A DNA stretch of 64,000 nucleotides from Ignavibacteriales bacterium (GTDB lineage: Bacteria; Bacteroidota; Ignavibacteria; UBA10030; UBA6906): positions 8,144 through 72,143 of the forward strand of contig JBBIRR010000019.1 of NCBI GenBank assembly GCA_037441705.1, given 5' to 3'. Position numbers and translations under genes: made by a program. A model generated the notes under the pieces. That model worked only from the letters and a program-made list of their open reading frames with translations. It had not been told where the DNA came from and did not search any database. The first letter of the stretch is position 1, and each line of letters opens with the position of its first letter. Below are positions 1-8,972 of this stretch, in pieces.

Positions 1-562
1 ATGCGATCCGGTCTCCCAGCAGCTCGAGATAACGCAGGCGAACGGAATCGCCGAGCACGCGCATCTGTCTGCCTGCGTTATTGAAGTAGTATTCGCGCGT
101 CACATCGTGCCCCGTCCACTCCAACAGGTTAGCGACGGTATCGCCGAAGACCGCGCCGCGGCCGTGTCCGACGGTGAGCGGGCCGGTGGGATTGGCGCTG
201 ACAAATTCGACCTGGGTTTTCTTCCCCTTGCCGAGATTGGCACGACCGAACGCAGCGTCTTTCTTGAGTAGCTCGGCTAACTGCTGCTGGTAGAATTTTT
301 CCGCGAAGCGGAAGTTGATGAATCCCGGTCCGGCAATCTCGACGTTGCTGACAAGCGTGGAATCGAAGCGGAGGTTGGCAAGGATTTCAGCAGCAAGCTG
401 GCGCGGATTCTTCTTCTGAGACTTTGCTAGCACCATAGCGACGTTCGTCGTCAGGTCGCCGTGCTCAGCCTGACGCGGCTTTTCAAAATTGATGGGAGTT
501 TCCGTCGCAATGCCGAGCGAGGTTAGCGCCGAAGAGAGTTGTTGTGTAAGATAATCCTTCAT
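1..562 (-). CDS. argS: Arginine--tRNA ligase, N-terminal part (runs off window start)
   Basis: Manual translation from ATG at 562: MKDYLTQQ...HGDLTTNVAM...AGPGFINF...VEFVSANPTGPLTVGHGRGAVFGD...REYYFNNAG. Confidence 0.95.
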   Translation of the reverse strand, partial: MKDYLTQQLSSALTSLGIATETPINFEKPRQAEHGDLTTNVAMVLAKSQKKNPRQLAAEILANLRFDSTLVSNVEIAGPGFINFRFAEKFYQQQLAELLKKDAAFGRANLGKGKKTQVEFVSANPTGPLTVGHGRGAVFGDTVANLLEWTGHDVTREYYFNNAGRQMRVLGDSVRLRYLELLGDRIA

Positions 563-588
563 AAAGTGGGAATGACGTCGGCCCTTGC

Positions 589-1026
589 TCACGCAACATG
601 TTTCCGCGCGGCCCGCGATCGAGATGCAGCCGGCGATCGTCGGCCGGCGCCGGCCTTTCGTACGCGCGTCGAGGGTTGGGGTTTGGAATCACTCACCCGT
701 TTCATTTTCGCGTCGCCCCAGAGTTTTTCGAGGTTGTAGAACGAGCGAGCAGTTTTGTGAAAGATGTGCAGCACCACGTCAGAGTAATCGAGCAGCACCC
801 AGTTGAGGCTGCCGATCTCCTTATGCCAGGGCGGCACGCCTTTCTTCTCCGTCCCTTCCACCACCGCGTCGGCAATCGCTTTGATCTGCGTGTCCGAATC
901 GGCCGAGCATACGACAAAGAAGTCGGTCATCGACGTCAGCGGACGCAAATCCATGATCACGACATCATGCGCCTTCTTGGTCAGCGCAAGTTTCGCAATG
1001 GCGTTTGCCAGTTGGGGCGATTTCAC
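589..1026 (-). CDS. rsfS: Ribosome silencing factor RsfS (Iojap)
   Basis: KKAHDVVIMDLR, DFFVVCS, WVLLDYSDVVLHIF, RSFYNLEKLW motifs. Confidence 0.95.
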   Translation of the reverse strand: MKSPQLANAIAKLALTKKAHDVVIMDLRPLTSMTDFFVVCSADSDTQIKAIADAVVEGTEKKGVPPWHKEIGSLNWVLLDYSDVVLHIFHKTARSFYNLEKLWGDAKMKRVSDSKPQPSTRVRKAGAGRRSPAASRSRAARKHVA

Positions 1027-1050
1027 TGCGGTTCTCCTCCTTGCTGGTGG

Positions 1051-1524
1051 CTATTGCTGATACGGCTTGAGCGAAGCATAATCCCTGCCGATGACAACCG
1101 AGACATCAACGAAGTAGTCGGGACTGATCTGCTGGATGACGTTCTTTTCACTTACCCCTAAGGCATAAGCGACTTTGCGCGCAAGCTCGACATTGCCGCT
1201 GCGATCAATGACAAGCGATTCCTTCACATCGAACGTTTTGTAATTTCGTATCTCCACCACATCGAACCCGCGCGCCCGCAAATACCCCGTGACGTGCGAC
1301 GCGGCGCGAGGAATGCCGCAGCCATTGAGCAAATCGAGCTGAATGATCGTGCGTGAAGCTCCATCGGTCTTTGTCGGATCAACCGGCGGCGAGATGAGGC
1401 TGCGGGTCACAAACGCGTACGCGAGGATGCCGACCACGAGGACGAGAACCCCTATCAGTGCGTTGACGCCGAGGCGGCGGAAATTGATTGGACCGGAACG
1501 ATGCAAGTGCAAATTCAGCGACAC
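1051..1524 (-). CDS. LytR C-terminal domain membrane protein (start uncertain, ORF open to 1581)
   Basis: N-terminal TM helix, then LLNGCGIPRAA...YLRARGF...DVSVVIGRDY typical of LytR_C. Confidence 0.8.
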   Translation of the reverse strand: MSLNLHLHRSGPINFRRLGVNALIGVLVLVVGILAYAFVTRSLISPPVDPTKTDGASRTIIQLDLLNGCGIPRAASHVTGYLRARGFDVVEIRNYKTFDVKESLVIDRSGNVELARKVAYALGVSEKNVIQQISPDYFVDVSVVIGRDYASLKPYQQ

Positions 1525-1647
1525 GTCCTCAACCGTGAATGAACCGCTCCAGGAAATGCGAAAGCCGACACACCCTTGCATGCGGTGTGCAAGGCTGTTC
1601 GGCTGTCCTGTAAGAAGATTGAAGCAACGTCGAGTGCGCTTCCTGTG

Positions 1648-2133
1648 TTAGAATCCCTGCTCTCTGTAGAATGGATTGTAGTAGAATGGTGAAGTGTACA
1701 GACTATACGGAATCTGGCGGTACTGCACCTGCATGAACACATTCTCCCACGGTCGGTAGTTGATTTCAGCGCGGCTGAGATACACGCCGCTGAAATCCTT
1801 TTTGTTGAATGTCGAGAGCGAATTGAGCGGCGAAAAACTCAGGCTGACATCGGCACGCGCGTTCAGGTTGTCTGCAATCTCATAACGCATGCTGTTCGTG
1901 TAGGTGCCGAGCGAAAAGCCCTGCCCTCCAAAACTCGTGTACGAGAGATCGAACGAATGCCTCATGCTGAACTTGTCCGGATTAAACCACCCGAACAACG
2001 CTGAGAGCGGCGATGAGTCCCCCAAGCGTCCGATCGTGGCTTGCGTCTCTTGCTGAACCTGTGATTTGAACTGCGCAGAGGAACCTGCCGCCATTATCAG
2101 CAGCAACGCAACAACGACAACTGTTCGTCTCAT
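1648..2133 (-). CDS. Secreted hypothetical protein, beta-strand rich
   Basis: ATG at 2133 with AAGGAGA RBS; signal peptide MRRTVVVVALLLIMAAGSSA. Confidence 0.7.
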   Translation of the reverse strand: MRRTVVVVALLLIMAAGSSAQFKSQVQQETQATIGRLGDSSPLSALFGWFNPDKFSMRHSFDLSYTSFGGQGFSLGTYTNSMRYEIADNLNARADVSLSFSPLNSLSTFNKKDFSGVYLSRAEINYRPWENVFMQVQYRQIPYSLYTSPFYYNPFYREQGF

Positions 2134-2190
2134 CGCGATCTCCTTGGAATGACTCCTCCTGTTCATGCACACGCTAACATTTCTGTGAAG

Positions 2191-2219
2191 ATAATAGTGA
2201 AAACGCACCTGATTGTCAA
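2191..2219 (-). promoter_or_regulatory. Sigma70-type promoter for the hypothetical-lytR-rsfS-argS run
   Basis: Minus strand TTGACA-N17-TATTAT. Confidence 0.7.
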
Positions 2220-2298
2220 CTGCACAGAGCGCATCGGAACAACGGACATATCCTGTTCGTCCTTGGTCATCCCGCGTCTTGCCGATCACACTCTTCTC

Positions 2299-2327
2299 TT
2301 GCAACAAAAGCCAAACCGCATTACCTT
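2299..2327 (+). promoter_or_regulatory. Possible sigma70-type promoter for the lectin gene
   Basis: TTGCAA-N17-TACCTT. Confidence 0.4.
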
Positions 2328-2418
2328 GTGCTCGACGACGGCCGTCCCATATCGGCCCTCGTATCTGCACCCAGCAAACCACCTCATTCAGCTCACTCAT
2401 CACATAGGAGGCATAAAC

Positions 2419-2781
2419 ATGAGAACGCTCTTGACTGCAATCGTCGCCGTACTGTTGCTCGCCGTCACCGGCTTTGCACAGAACATTCGCCAGGGCGAGT
2501 TCTCCGCGGATGTGAATTCCGACGGATGGACGCTGGCGAAAGGCACCGGTGCACGTACAAGCACGATCTTCATCGCGTTCGACGACCCGTTCGACAGCAT
2601 CCCTAACGTGGTTCTGAGCCTTACCGGCTACGAACTGAAACCCGGAAAGGACGGTGCAATTCGCGTCAGCGTTAAGACCGACAAGATTACGAAGGCTGGA
2701 TTCATGATCAAGGTGCACACGTGGGGGGATTCCCAGGTTACTGCTGTCAGCGGAACGTGGATGGCCTATCCCAAAAAGTAG
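2419..2781 (+). CDS. Secreted H-type lectin domain protein
   Basis: AGGAGG RBS; signal peptide; FDDPFDSIPNVVLSL...ITKAGFMIKVHTWGDS...WMAY pattern of H_lectin. Confidence 0.75.
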   Translation: MRTLLTAIVAVLLLAVTGFAQNIRQGEFSADVNSDGWTLAKGTGARTSTIFIAFDDPFDSIPNVVLSLTGYELKPGKDGAIRVSVKTDKITKAGFMIKVHTWGDSQVTAVSGTWMAYPKK

Positions 2782-2808
2782 CACGCAGGTTCGGTGCATA
2801 ATGCATGC

Positions 2809-2837
2809 AAGGCCGACCGGGCCGGGTCGGCCTTTTT
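2809..2837 (+). terminator. Rho-independent terminator between convergent genes
   Basis: AAGGCCGACC/GGTCGGCCTT stem followed by T run. Confidence 0.8.
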
Positions 2838-3589
2838 CATGCGCGCGCCTTCATTATTTCGCGCACAGCTTCGAGCTGCGCAACAGTGTTTATCCCGGCT
2901 GTCTCCCTCGGATTGGTTGCGGCAACGGCGCCGACTTTCAGCCCGCGTTTCCAGAAGTACTGGAACACGTCGGTCAGGTAGTACTCCTTCTGCACGTTGT
3001 CGGGCGAAATGTGCTTCAACCCTTCGAACAACATCCCCGCATCAAACACGTAGATGCCGGAGTTGATTTCATTGATGCGACGCTGCTCCGCCGTCGCATC
3101 TTTGTGCTCGACGATAGCCGTCACATTCCCGTCGGCGTCGCGCAGGATTCTTCCGTATCCTGTCGCGTCGTCTAACACGGCGGTGAGAACGGTTGCGTGG
3201 TCGTTGTTGCTTCGGTGGTGTTCGATGAGCGACCGCGTGGTGGAATACGACAGCATCGGTACGTCGCCGGATAGCACCAACACATCGCCCTCGAAATCCC
3301 TCAGCACCGGCGCCGCCTGCATGACGGCGTGCCCCGTGCCGAGCTGCGGGTTCTGCTCAACACATTCAACCTTCTTTCCAAAGACGTTGGTGAGATGGTT
3401 GATGACGGAGTCCTTCTGCCACCCGACGATCACCACGACGCGCTGCGCGCCCAGACGCAGTGCCAGATCCACCACATGCTCCACCATCGGCTTTCCGTTG
3501 ATGGTGTACATCACTTTGGCCATATTGGGATTGTTCATGCGGGTTCCCTTCCCCGCCGCCATAATGACGACCGCGAGTTTTCTTTCCAT
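2837..3589 (-). CDS. GlmU-like sugar-phosphate nucleotidyltransferase (uridyltransferase domain only)
   Basis: IMAAGKGTRM, QLGTGHA, GDVP, GYGRILR, EINSGIY, EYYLTD; ends at 250 aa. Confidence 0.85.
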   Translation of the reverse strand: MERKLAVVIMAAGKGTRMNNPNMAKVMYTINGKPMVEHVVDLALRLGAQRVVVIVGWQKDSVINHLTNVFGKKVECVEQNPQLGTGHAVMQAAPVLRDFEGDVLVLSGDVPMLSYSTTRSLIEHHRSNNDHATVLTAVLDDATGYGRILRDADGNVTAIVEHKDATAEQRRINEINSGIYVFDAGMLFEGLKHISPDNVQKEYYLTDVFQYFWKRGLKVGAVAATNPRETAGINTVAQLEAVREIMKARA

Positions 3590-3601
3590 ATCTTGCTCGA
3601 A

Positions 3602-4450
3602 CTAAACGAGAATGATGATATTGTCGATGAGGCGTGTGGTCCCGAATTTTACCGCAAGCGAAATCAGCACGGATTGCCCGCGATGAAGACGGTGGACCTC
3701 TTGAAGCGAAGTGTTATCCGCGATCGAGATATAGTCGATCACGCCCGAGGAGTTTTCCCTGATCAGGGTCGCCATTTCGGCAATGATCTTTTTGCAATCC
3801 TCTTCTCCTTCCTTCACACGCGCCTCGGCGTGCTTGAGCGATCGAAAGAGGACGACGGCTTCGCTTCGCTGCTGCGGACTGAGATACGTGTTGCGTGAAC
3901 TCATCGCAAGGCCGTCCGCTTCGCGCACAATCGGACCGACAACCAGCTCGATGTCGAAGTTCAGATCCTTAATCATCCGACGTATCACGGCAACCTGCTG
4001 AGCATCCTTCTGTCCGAACACGGCAATATGAGGTTTCGTAAGATTGAACAGCTTCGTAACCACGGTGGCAACGCCGCGAAAGTGCCCGGGTCGGGATTTC
4101 CCCTCCAACACATCCGTAATTCCTCCGACGTCAACATAGGTCGAGTATCCCGTTGGATACATCTGCGACACCTCGGGCGCAAAGAGGTGAGTCGTCCCCG
4201 CTGCGTTGGCCAGCGCAAGGTCATGCTCGAAGTCGCGCGGGTAGCGTTCGTAGTCCTCACCCGGCCCGAACTGCGTGGGATTGACGAACAGCGTCGTGAT
4301 CACGACATCGGCCTTCATTTTCGCGATGCGGATGAGCGACAGGTGGCCTTCGTGCAGGTATCCCATCGTCGGCACGACGGCAATGCGTTTGCCGGACTGG
4401 CGGAGCCTCTCCGCCGTTTGCCGCATTTCTCTGAGATCGCGAATAACCAT
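3602..4450 (-). CDS. panC: Pantoate--beta-alanine ligase
   Basis: VPTMGYLHEGH, FVNPTQF, RPGHFRGV, FGQKD, GLAMSSRN, RLIDN. Confidence 0.97.
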   Translation of the reverse strand: MVIRDLREMRQTAERLRQSGKRIAVVPTMGYLHEGHLSLIRIAKMKADVVITTLFVNPTQFGPGEDYERYPRDFEHDLALANAAGTTHLFAPEVSQMYPTGYSTYVDVGGITDVLEGKSRPGHFRGVATVVTKLFNLTKPHIAVFGQKDAQQVAVIRRMIKDLNFDIELVVGPIVREADGLAMSSRNTYLSPQQRSEAVVLFRSLKHAEARVKEGEEDCKKIIAEMATLIRENSSGVIDYISIADNTSLQEVHRLHRGQSVLISLAVKFGTTRLIDNIIILV

Positions 4451-4458
4451 ATTCCCTC

Positions 4459-5364
4459 CTAGAGAATCCTCTTGCCAAAGGCGGACTGAACAAGCTCCAC
4501 CGCAAACTCTGCGGAGGTGTTGTGCTCGTCGAGGATCGGGTTCACTTCAACGATTTCCAATGAGGTCATGGCTTTCGATTCGAACAGAAGTTCCATAATC
4601 AAATGTGCTTCGCGATAATCCAGCCCGCCCTTGACCGGTGTCCCGACACCGGGCGCAACGGTCGGGTCAACGGCATCAAGGTCGAGGCTGACATGCAAAT
4701 AGTCGGTTCCATCGGTGACTTTCGAGAGTGCCTTCTTCATCACGCGATGCACGCCCTGCCGATCAATGTCGTGCATCGTATAGACGTAGACGCCTGTCTG
4801 CTCGATGAACCGCCGTTCTCCTTCGTCAAGACTCCGGACGCCCACCAGCACCACGTTGTTCGGGTCAATCTTCCGTGCATTGCCGCCAACGGATTTCAGC
4901 TCATTCGGGCCGTAACCAAGAAGGACGGCAAGCGGCATCCCGTGCACGTTTCCCGATGGCGACGTGGAGGGCGTATTCATGTCGCCGTGGGCATCCACCC
5001 ACAGCACACCGACTTTTTTTCTCTTTTTGCGTGCAAACGCGGCGATGCCTGAGATGGACCCGACGGCAATGGAATGGTCGCCGCCGAGGATAAGCGGGAA
5101 GTGCCCCTTGGCCATGATGGCCTCTGTGTGTCGCGCAAGAATCCGGGAGGCTCGTGCAATCTCCTTGAGGTACCGGGCGCGCGTATCGCCGACGCGAATC
5201 TCTTCCATGTTCTTGATGTCGATGTCGCCTTCATCCACAATCTTGTTGCCCAACTCCTTGAGTTTGTCGGCAAGGCCGGCAATGCGAATGGCCGACGGAC
5301 CCATATCGACACCGCGTCGGCCGGAGCCGAGATCCATGGGAACACCAAGTACGTGAATGATCAT
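4459..5364 (-). CDS. rocF: Arginase
   Basis: GVDMGP, LGGDHS, WVDAHGD, SPSGNVHGMP, SLDLDAVDP, VEVNP; start at ATG 5364. Confidence 0.93.
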   Translation of the reverse strand: MIIHVLGVPMDLGSGRRGVDMGPSAIRIAGLADKLKELGNKIVDEGDIDIKNMEEIRVGDTRARYLKEIARASRILARHTEAIMAKGHFPLILGGDHSIAVGSISGIAAFARKKRKKVGVLWVDAHGDMNTPSTSPSGNVHGMPLAVLLGYGPNELKSVGGNARKIDPNNVVLVGVRSLDEGERRFIEQTGVYVYTMHDIDRQGVHRVMKKALSKVTDGTDYLHVSLDLDAVDPTVAPGVGTPVKGGLDYREAHLIMELLFESKAMTSLEIVEVNPILDEHNTSAEFAVELVQSAFGKRIL

Positions 5365-5384
5365 GCTGGGTGCGTGCGTGTTGG

Positions 5385-6227
5385 TCAGGGGGCCAGAAGA
5401 GCGAGTATCCGCGAGATCGTTGATTTGAGATCGCGGCGATGCACAACAATATCGACGAATCCGTGTTCGAGCAAAAACTCCGAACGCTGGAACCCCGGCG
5501 GCAGGTCCTTGCCGATCGTTTGCTTGATGACGCGCGGCCCGGCAAATCCGATGAGCGCTGCCGGCTCGGCAATGTTCACGTCGCCGAGCATAGCGTAGCT
5601 CGCCGTTACGCCGCCTGTGGTCGGATCGGTTAACACCGAGATGTACGGAACGCCCGCGTCGGCCAGCCGCGTCAGCTTGGCGCTGGTCTTGGCCATCTGC
5701 ATGAGCGAATACGCCCCCTCCATCATGCGGGCACCGCCGCTGGCCGAGACAACGATGACGGGTTTCTTCGTTTTCCATCCCCGATCGATTGCCCGACCGA
5801 TCTTCTCGCCCACCACCGAGCCCATGCTTCCGCCGATGAATGCAAAATCCATGCAGGCAAACACCACGTCGCGGCTGTCCAGCTTGCCCGTTCCCCATCG
5901 CGCGGCGTCGTACAGGCCCGTTTTCTTGATGGCTTCGGGAATGCGTTCGCGGTAGCGTTTCGTGTCGGTAAAGCGAAGCGGATCCACGGAGCGCATCCGC
6001 CGATCATACTCTTTGAATGTTCCTTCATCCAACAAAATTTTGATGTACTCGTTGCTGCCGATGCGGAAGTGTTTGTTGCACTTCGGGCACGTGAACATGT
6101 TCTGATCGAGTTCTGTCTTGTGAATGATCTCGCCGCATTGGTCGCACTTGATCCACATGCCGTCGGGCATTTCCCTCTTTTCCGTCGTCGGCTCGATGCT
6201 TTCCTTCGAACGTCTGAACCATGCCAT
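5385..6227 (-). CDS. accD: Acetyl-CoA carboxylase carboxyltransferase beta subunit
   Basis: C4 zinc finger (CDQC...CPKC), GGSMGSVVGEK, SGGARMMEG, GFAGPRVI. Confidence 0.97.
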   Translation of the reverse strand: MAWFRRSKESIEPTTEKREMPDGMWIKCDQCGEIIHKTELDQNMFTCPKCNKHFRIGSNEYIKILLDEGTFKEYDRRMRSVDPLRFTDTKRYRERIPEAIKKTGLYDAARWGTGKLDSRDVVFACMDFAFIGGSMGSVVGEKIGRAIDRGWKTKKPVIVVSASGGARMMEGAYSLMQMAKTSAKLTRLADAGVPYISVLTDPTTGGVTASYAMLGDVNIAEPAALIGFAGPRVIKQTIGKDLPPGFQRSEFLLEHGFVDIVVHRRDLKSTISRILALLAP

Positions 6228-6240
6228 GGGGAGTGGCCTT

Positions 6241-6924
6241 CTATGAGTGTTTGAATGTTGTATGGAACTCTTTCACGTATGCCGGCTCGAGTGTTCGTGC
6301 ATCGGCAAATGCACCGCTGCGTGCCAGCTCCTCGCCGATCAACGCGACGGCCGATGCGCGACACGAGGCGTACTCTGCGGGAACGAACCGCACCGCATTG
6401 CCGAAGCGCGCCGCAAGTTTTGTCCCGGCATTGCCTGTAACGGTGACGGCCCGGCCTGCAACGAGCGCCGAAAGCTCCTCCATCGTCATGTCGCGAACCT
6501 CGCCCTCGCGCTCAACCGTCCTTCCGTTGATGCGGAACAGCGCGCAGTACACCTCATCCCGTCGCGCATCGAGCGAAGCAAGAAGGTACGGTGTTTCGAC
6601 GAGGTTCGCATCGGCCGCGCGCCGGGCAAGCGCATCGAGTGTCGGCACTGCCACCAACGGCTTCTCTAACGCAAAGCATAAGCCCTTAGCCACACTCAAG
6701 CCAATCCGGAGGCCGGTAAACGAACCGGGGCCGATGGAGACGGCGATCGCGTCAAGCGACTTGGGGGACACCAGCGAACGTCGCGAGACGCTGTCGATCA
6801 AGCTCATCAGCATCTCGGCGTGAACATTCTTTTCCTCGATGGTTTCTTCCGCCGCGATGCGCCCCCCGGCCAGGAGAGCCGCGCTGCATACCGTCGTTGC
6901 GGTTTCAATTGCCAACACGTTCAC
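6241..6924 (-). CDS. tsaB: t6A biosynthesis protein TsaB
   Basis: LAIETAT, GPGSFTGLRIG, DARRDEVY, LEPAYVK. Confidence 0.95.
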   Translation of the reverse strand: MNVLAIETATTVCSAALLAGGRIAAEETIEEKNVHAEMLMSLIDSVSRRSLVSPKSLDAIAVSIGPGSFTGLRIGLSVAKGLCFALEKPLVAVPTLDALARRAADANLVETPYLLASLDARRDEVYCALFRINGRTVEREGEVRDMTMEELSALVAGRAVTVTGNAGTKLAARFGNAVRFVPAEYASCRASAVALIGEELARSGAFADARTLEPAYVKEFHTTFKHS

Positions 6925-7352
6925 GCCGGAACAGCCTCGCGAATGACAATCTCGCGCTCATCTTCGGCGGCGCCGTGGCGGAGTTCGACGGCATAATGGC
7001 GCGGAGGCAATCGGTCGGCAATCATCTCGGGCCACTCGATCAGACAGATGCATCGCTCGTTGAAGTACTCCTCAACACCCAGCGCATCCAGCTCGGAAGG
7101 CTTTTCGATTCTATACAGGTCAATGTGAACAACGGTGCCGAACGGGGCGCTGTACTCGTTGATGAACGTGAACGTGGGGCTGGTTGCATGTGCCCGCGCC
7201 TGCAGTCCTTCGCAGACACCGATCACGAATTGCGTCTTACCGCTGCCGAGTGTGCCGCTCAGCGCGACGCAATCGCCGGGCTTCAACTGCGCGGCGAATG
7301 TCCTCCCCACCTCGACCGTCTCACGCGCGGAATGTGTGCGGTACGTCTTCAT
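6921..7352 (-). CDS. tsaE: t6A biosynthesis ATPase TsaE
   Basis: GTLGSGKT, SPTFTFINEY, HIDLYRI, LIEWP. Confidence 0.95.
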   Translation of the reverse strand: MKTYRTHSARETVEVGRTFAAQLKPGDCVALSGTLGSGKTQFVIGVCEGLQARAHATSPTFTFINEYSAPFGTVVHIDLYRIEKPSELDALGVEEYFNERCICLIEWPEMIADRLPPRHYAVELRHGAAEDEREIVIREAVPA

Positions 7353-8917
7353 CCTTTCGGCTCGAGTTTGACAACCGGCAGGATCATTTCTTCCATCGAG
7401 ATTCCTCCGTGCTGGAAGCTGTCCCGATACTGATTGAGATACTTATGGTAGTCCGTCGGATAGACGAAGTAGTAATCTTCCTTGGCGAGGATGTAATTCA
7501 CCGCCACGCCGCGCTTCGGCAGCTTGAAGTCCAGCGGGTTTTTCACAAACACTGCCGACTTCTCGTCGCATTTAAGGTTGCGGCCGTATTTGTACCGTAA
7601 ATTGGTTGATGCTTCGCGATCGCCCAGAACTTTCGTGCCGCGGAGGCTCCTGATGCTGCCGTGATCGGTCGTCAGGAGAATCGAGACGTTTCTGTTTCTC
7701 GAAAGCGTCTTCAACATGCCGAACAGCGACGAGTGAATGAACCACGATTTGGTCAGCAGGCGGTACGCCGATTCGTCGGGCGCAATCTCTTTGAGCAGAT
7801 GCGAATCGGAGCGGCCGTGCGCAAGCATATCCACAAAGTTGACGACGATGGAGGTCAGCCGCGCGTTGGTGTAGGAGTTGATATTCGCCTCAATGCTGCG
7901 GCCAAACTCGGCATCGAGAATCTTCACATACTTCGGCTCCGGCTTCAAATGGATCTTGCGTCGCTCCAGCAATCCCTCCAGAAACTGCCGCTCATAACGG
8001 TTGCGGCTGCTCTCGTCGTCCTCGTTCTTCTCCCACAATTCAGGATAGCGCAACTCGACGTCGCTCGGATACGAGCCGCTGAAGATGGCGTTGCGCGAGT
8101 ACGGCGTCGCCGTCGGTAGCAGACTGAAGTAGTATTGTTTGGAGATGTCGAAGTACTCGTGCAGCAGACTCTCCATCATCAACCACTGATCGAGCCGCAA
8201 GCAATCCACGACAAAGAAGAAGACGGACTTCTGGGATTGGAGTTCAGGAATGAGGAAACGATCCACGACTTCTTGGGAGAGCACGGGCCGGCGCTCCGTA
8301 CGGTGCACCCAGTCTCGATAATTCTGCTCGATGTACTTGCCGAAGACGAGGTTGCATTCCCGAATCTGATCCGATAAGGTTTGCTTCAAGCCGAGATCGG
8401 GATGTTGGTCAAGTTCCAGCGACCAACCGACCAATCGCGTGTACACATCCACCCAATCGGTGTACTCCATCGGGTTGAGCAAGGAGCGTGCAATGTCGTT
8501 GAACTCGGCAATATAATCCCGAGAAACCGTCGCGCCCGCAATCCTCTTGCTCTCCAGAAACTTCTTGCATGCCATGAGAATCTGGCTGGGGTTGACCGGC
8601 TTGATGAGGTAATCGCTGATCTTGACGCCGATGGCTTCCTCCATCAGCGTCTCCTCTTCATTTTTTGTTACCATCACCACGGGAAGATTTGGACGCAGGT
8701 CTTTGATTTCGGCAAGGGTTCGCAAGCCTCCCATGCCTGCCATCATCTCGTCGAGGAACACAAGGTCGAACGACCGGTCCCTGACCATGCTCACGGCGTC
8801 TTCGCCGTTGGTCGCCGTTTCTACCGTGTAGCCCTTGTCGGCAAGGAAGCGGATGTGTGGACGCAGGAGTTCGATCTCGTCATCCACCCACAATATTTTG
8901 CCTTTAGTCTCTTCCAT
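7349..8917 (-). CDS. porX: T9SS response regulator PorX (REC + PglZ/alkaline-phosphatase-like domain)
   Basis: ILWVDDE receiver, LDEMM, DCLRLDQW, LPTATPYSRNAIF, TTDHG, FQHGGISMEEM. Confidence 0.92.
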   Translation of the reverse strand: MEETKGKILWVDDEIELLRPHIRFLADKGYTVETATNGEDAVSMVRDRSFDLVFLDEMMAGMGGLRTLAEIKDLRPNLPVVMVTKNEEETLMEEAIGVKISDYLIKPVNPSQILMACKKFLESKRIAGATVSRDYIAEFNDIARSLLNPMEYTDWVDVYTRLVGWSLELDQHPDLGLKQTLSDQIRECNLVFGKYIEQNYRDWVHRTERRPVLSQEVVDRFLIPELQSQKSVFFFVVDCLRLDQWLMMESLLHEYFDISKQYYFSLLPTATPYSRNAIFSGSYPSDVELRYPELWEKNEDDESSRNRYERQFLEGLLERRKIHLKPEPKYVKILDAEFGRSIEANINSYTNARLTSIVVNFVDMLAHGRSDSHLLKEIAPDESAYRLLTKSWFIHSSLFGMLKTLSRNRNVSILLTTDHGSIRSLRGTKVLGDREASTNLRYKYGRNLKCDEKSAVFVKNPLDFKLPKRGVAVNYILAKEDYYFVYPTDYHKYLNQYRDSFQHGGISMEEMILPVVKLEPKG

Positions 8918-8972
8918 TCCTCTTCATGATAGCCATTTCAGCTACGAGTTTCAAACCTGGCCGGCGCCTGCT

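Noticed and set aside
2134-2799. 383-aa minus-strand ORF and 210-aa plus-strand ORF overlapping each other
   Set aside because: Real starts with RBS and signal peptides are at 2133 (-) and 2419 (+); the extensions cross promoters.
5365-5898. ORF track shows a 479-aa arginase overlapping accD
   Set aside because: The extension is an off-frame read of accD; arginase homology starts at ATG 5364.
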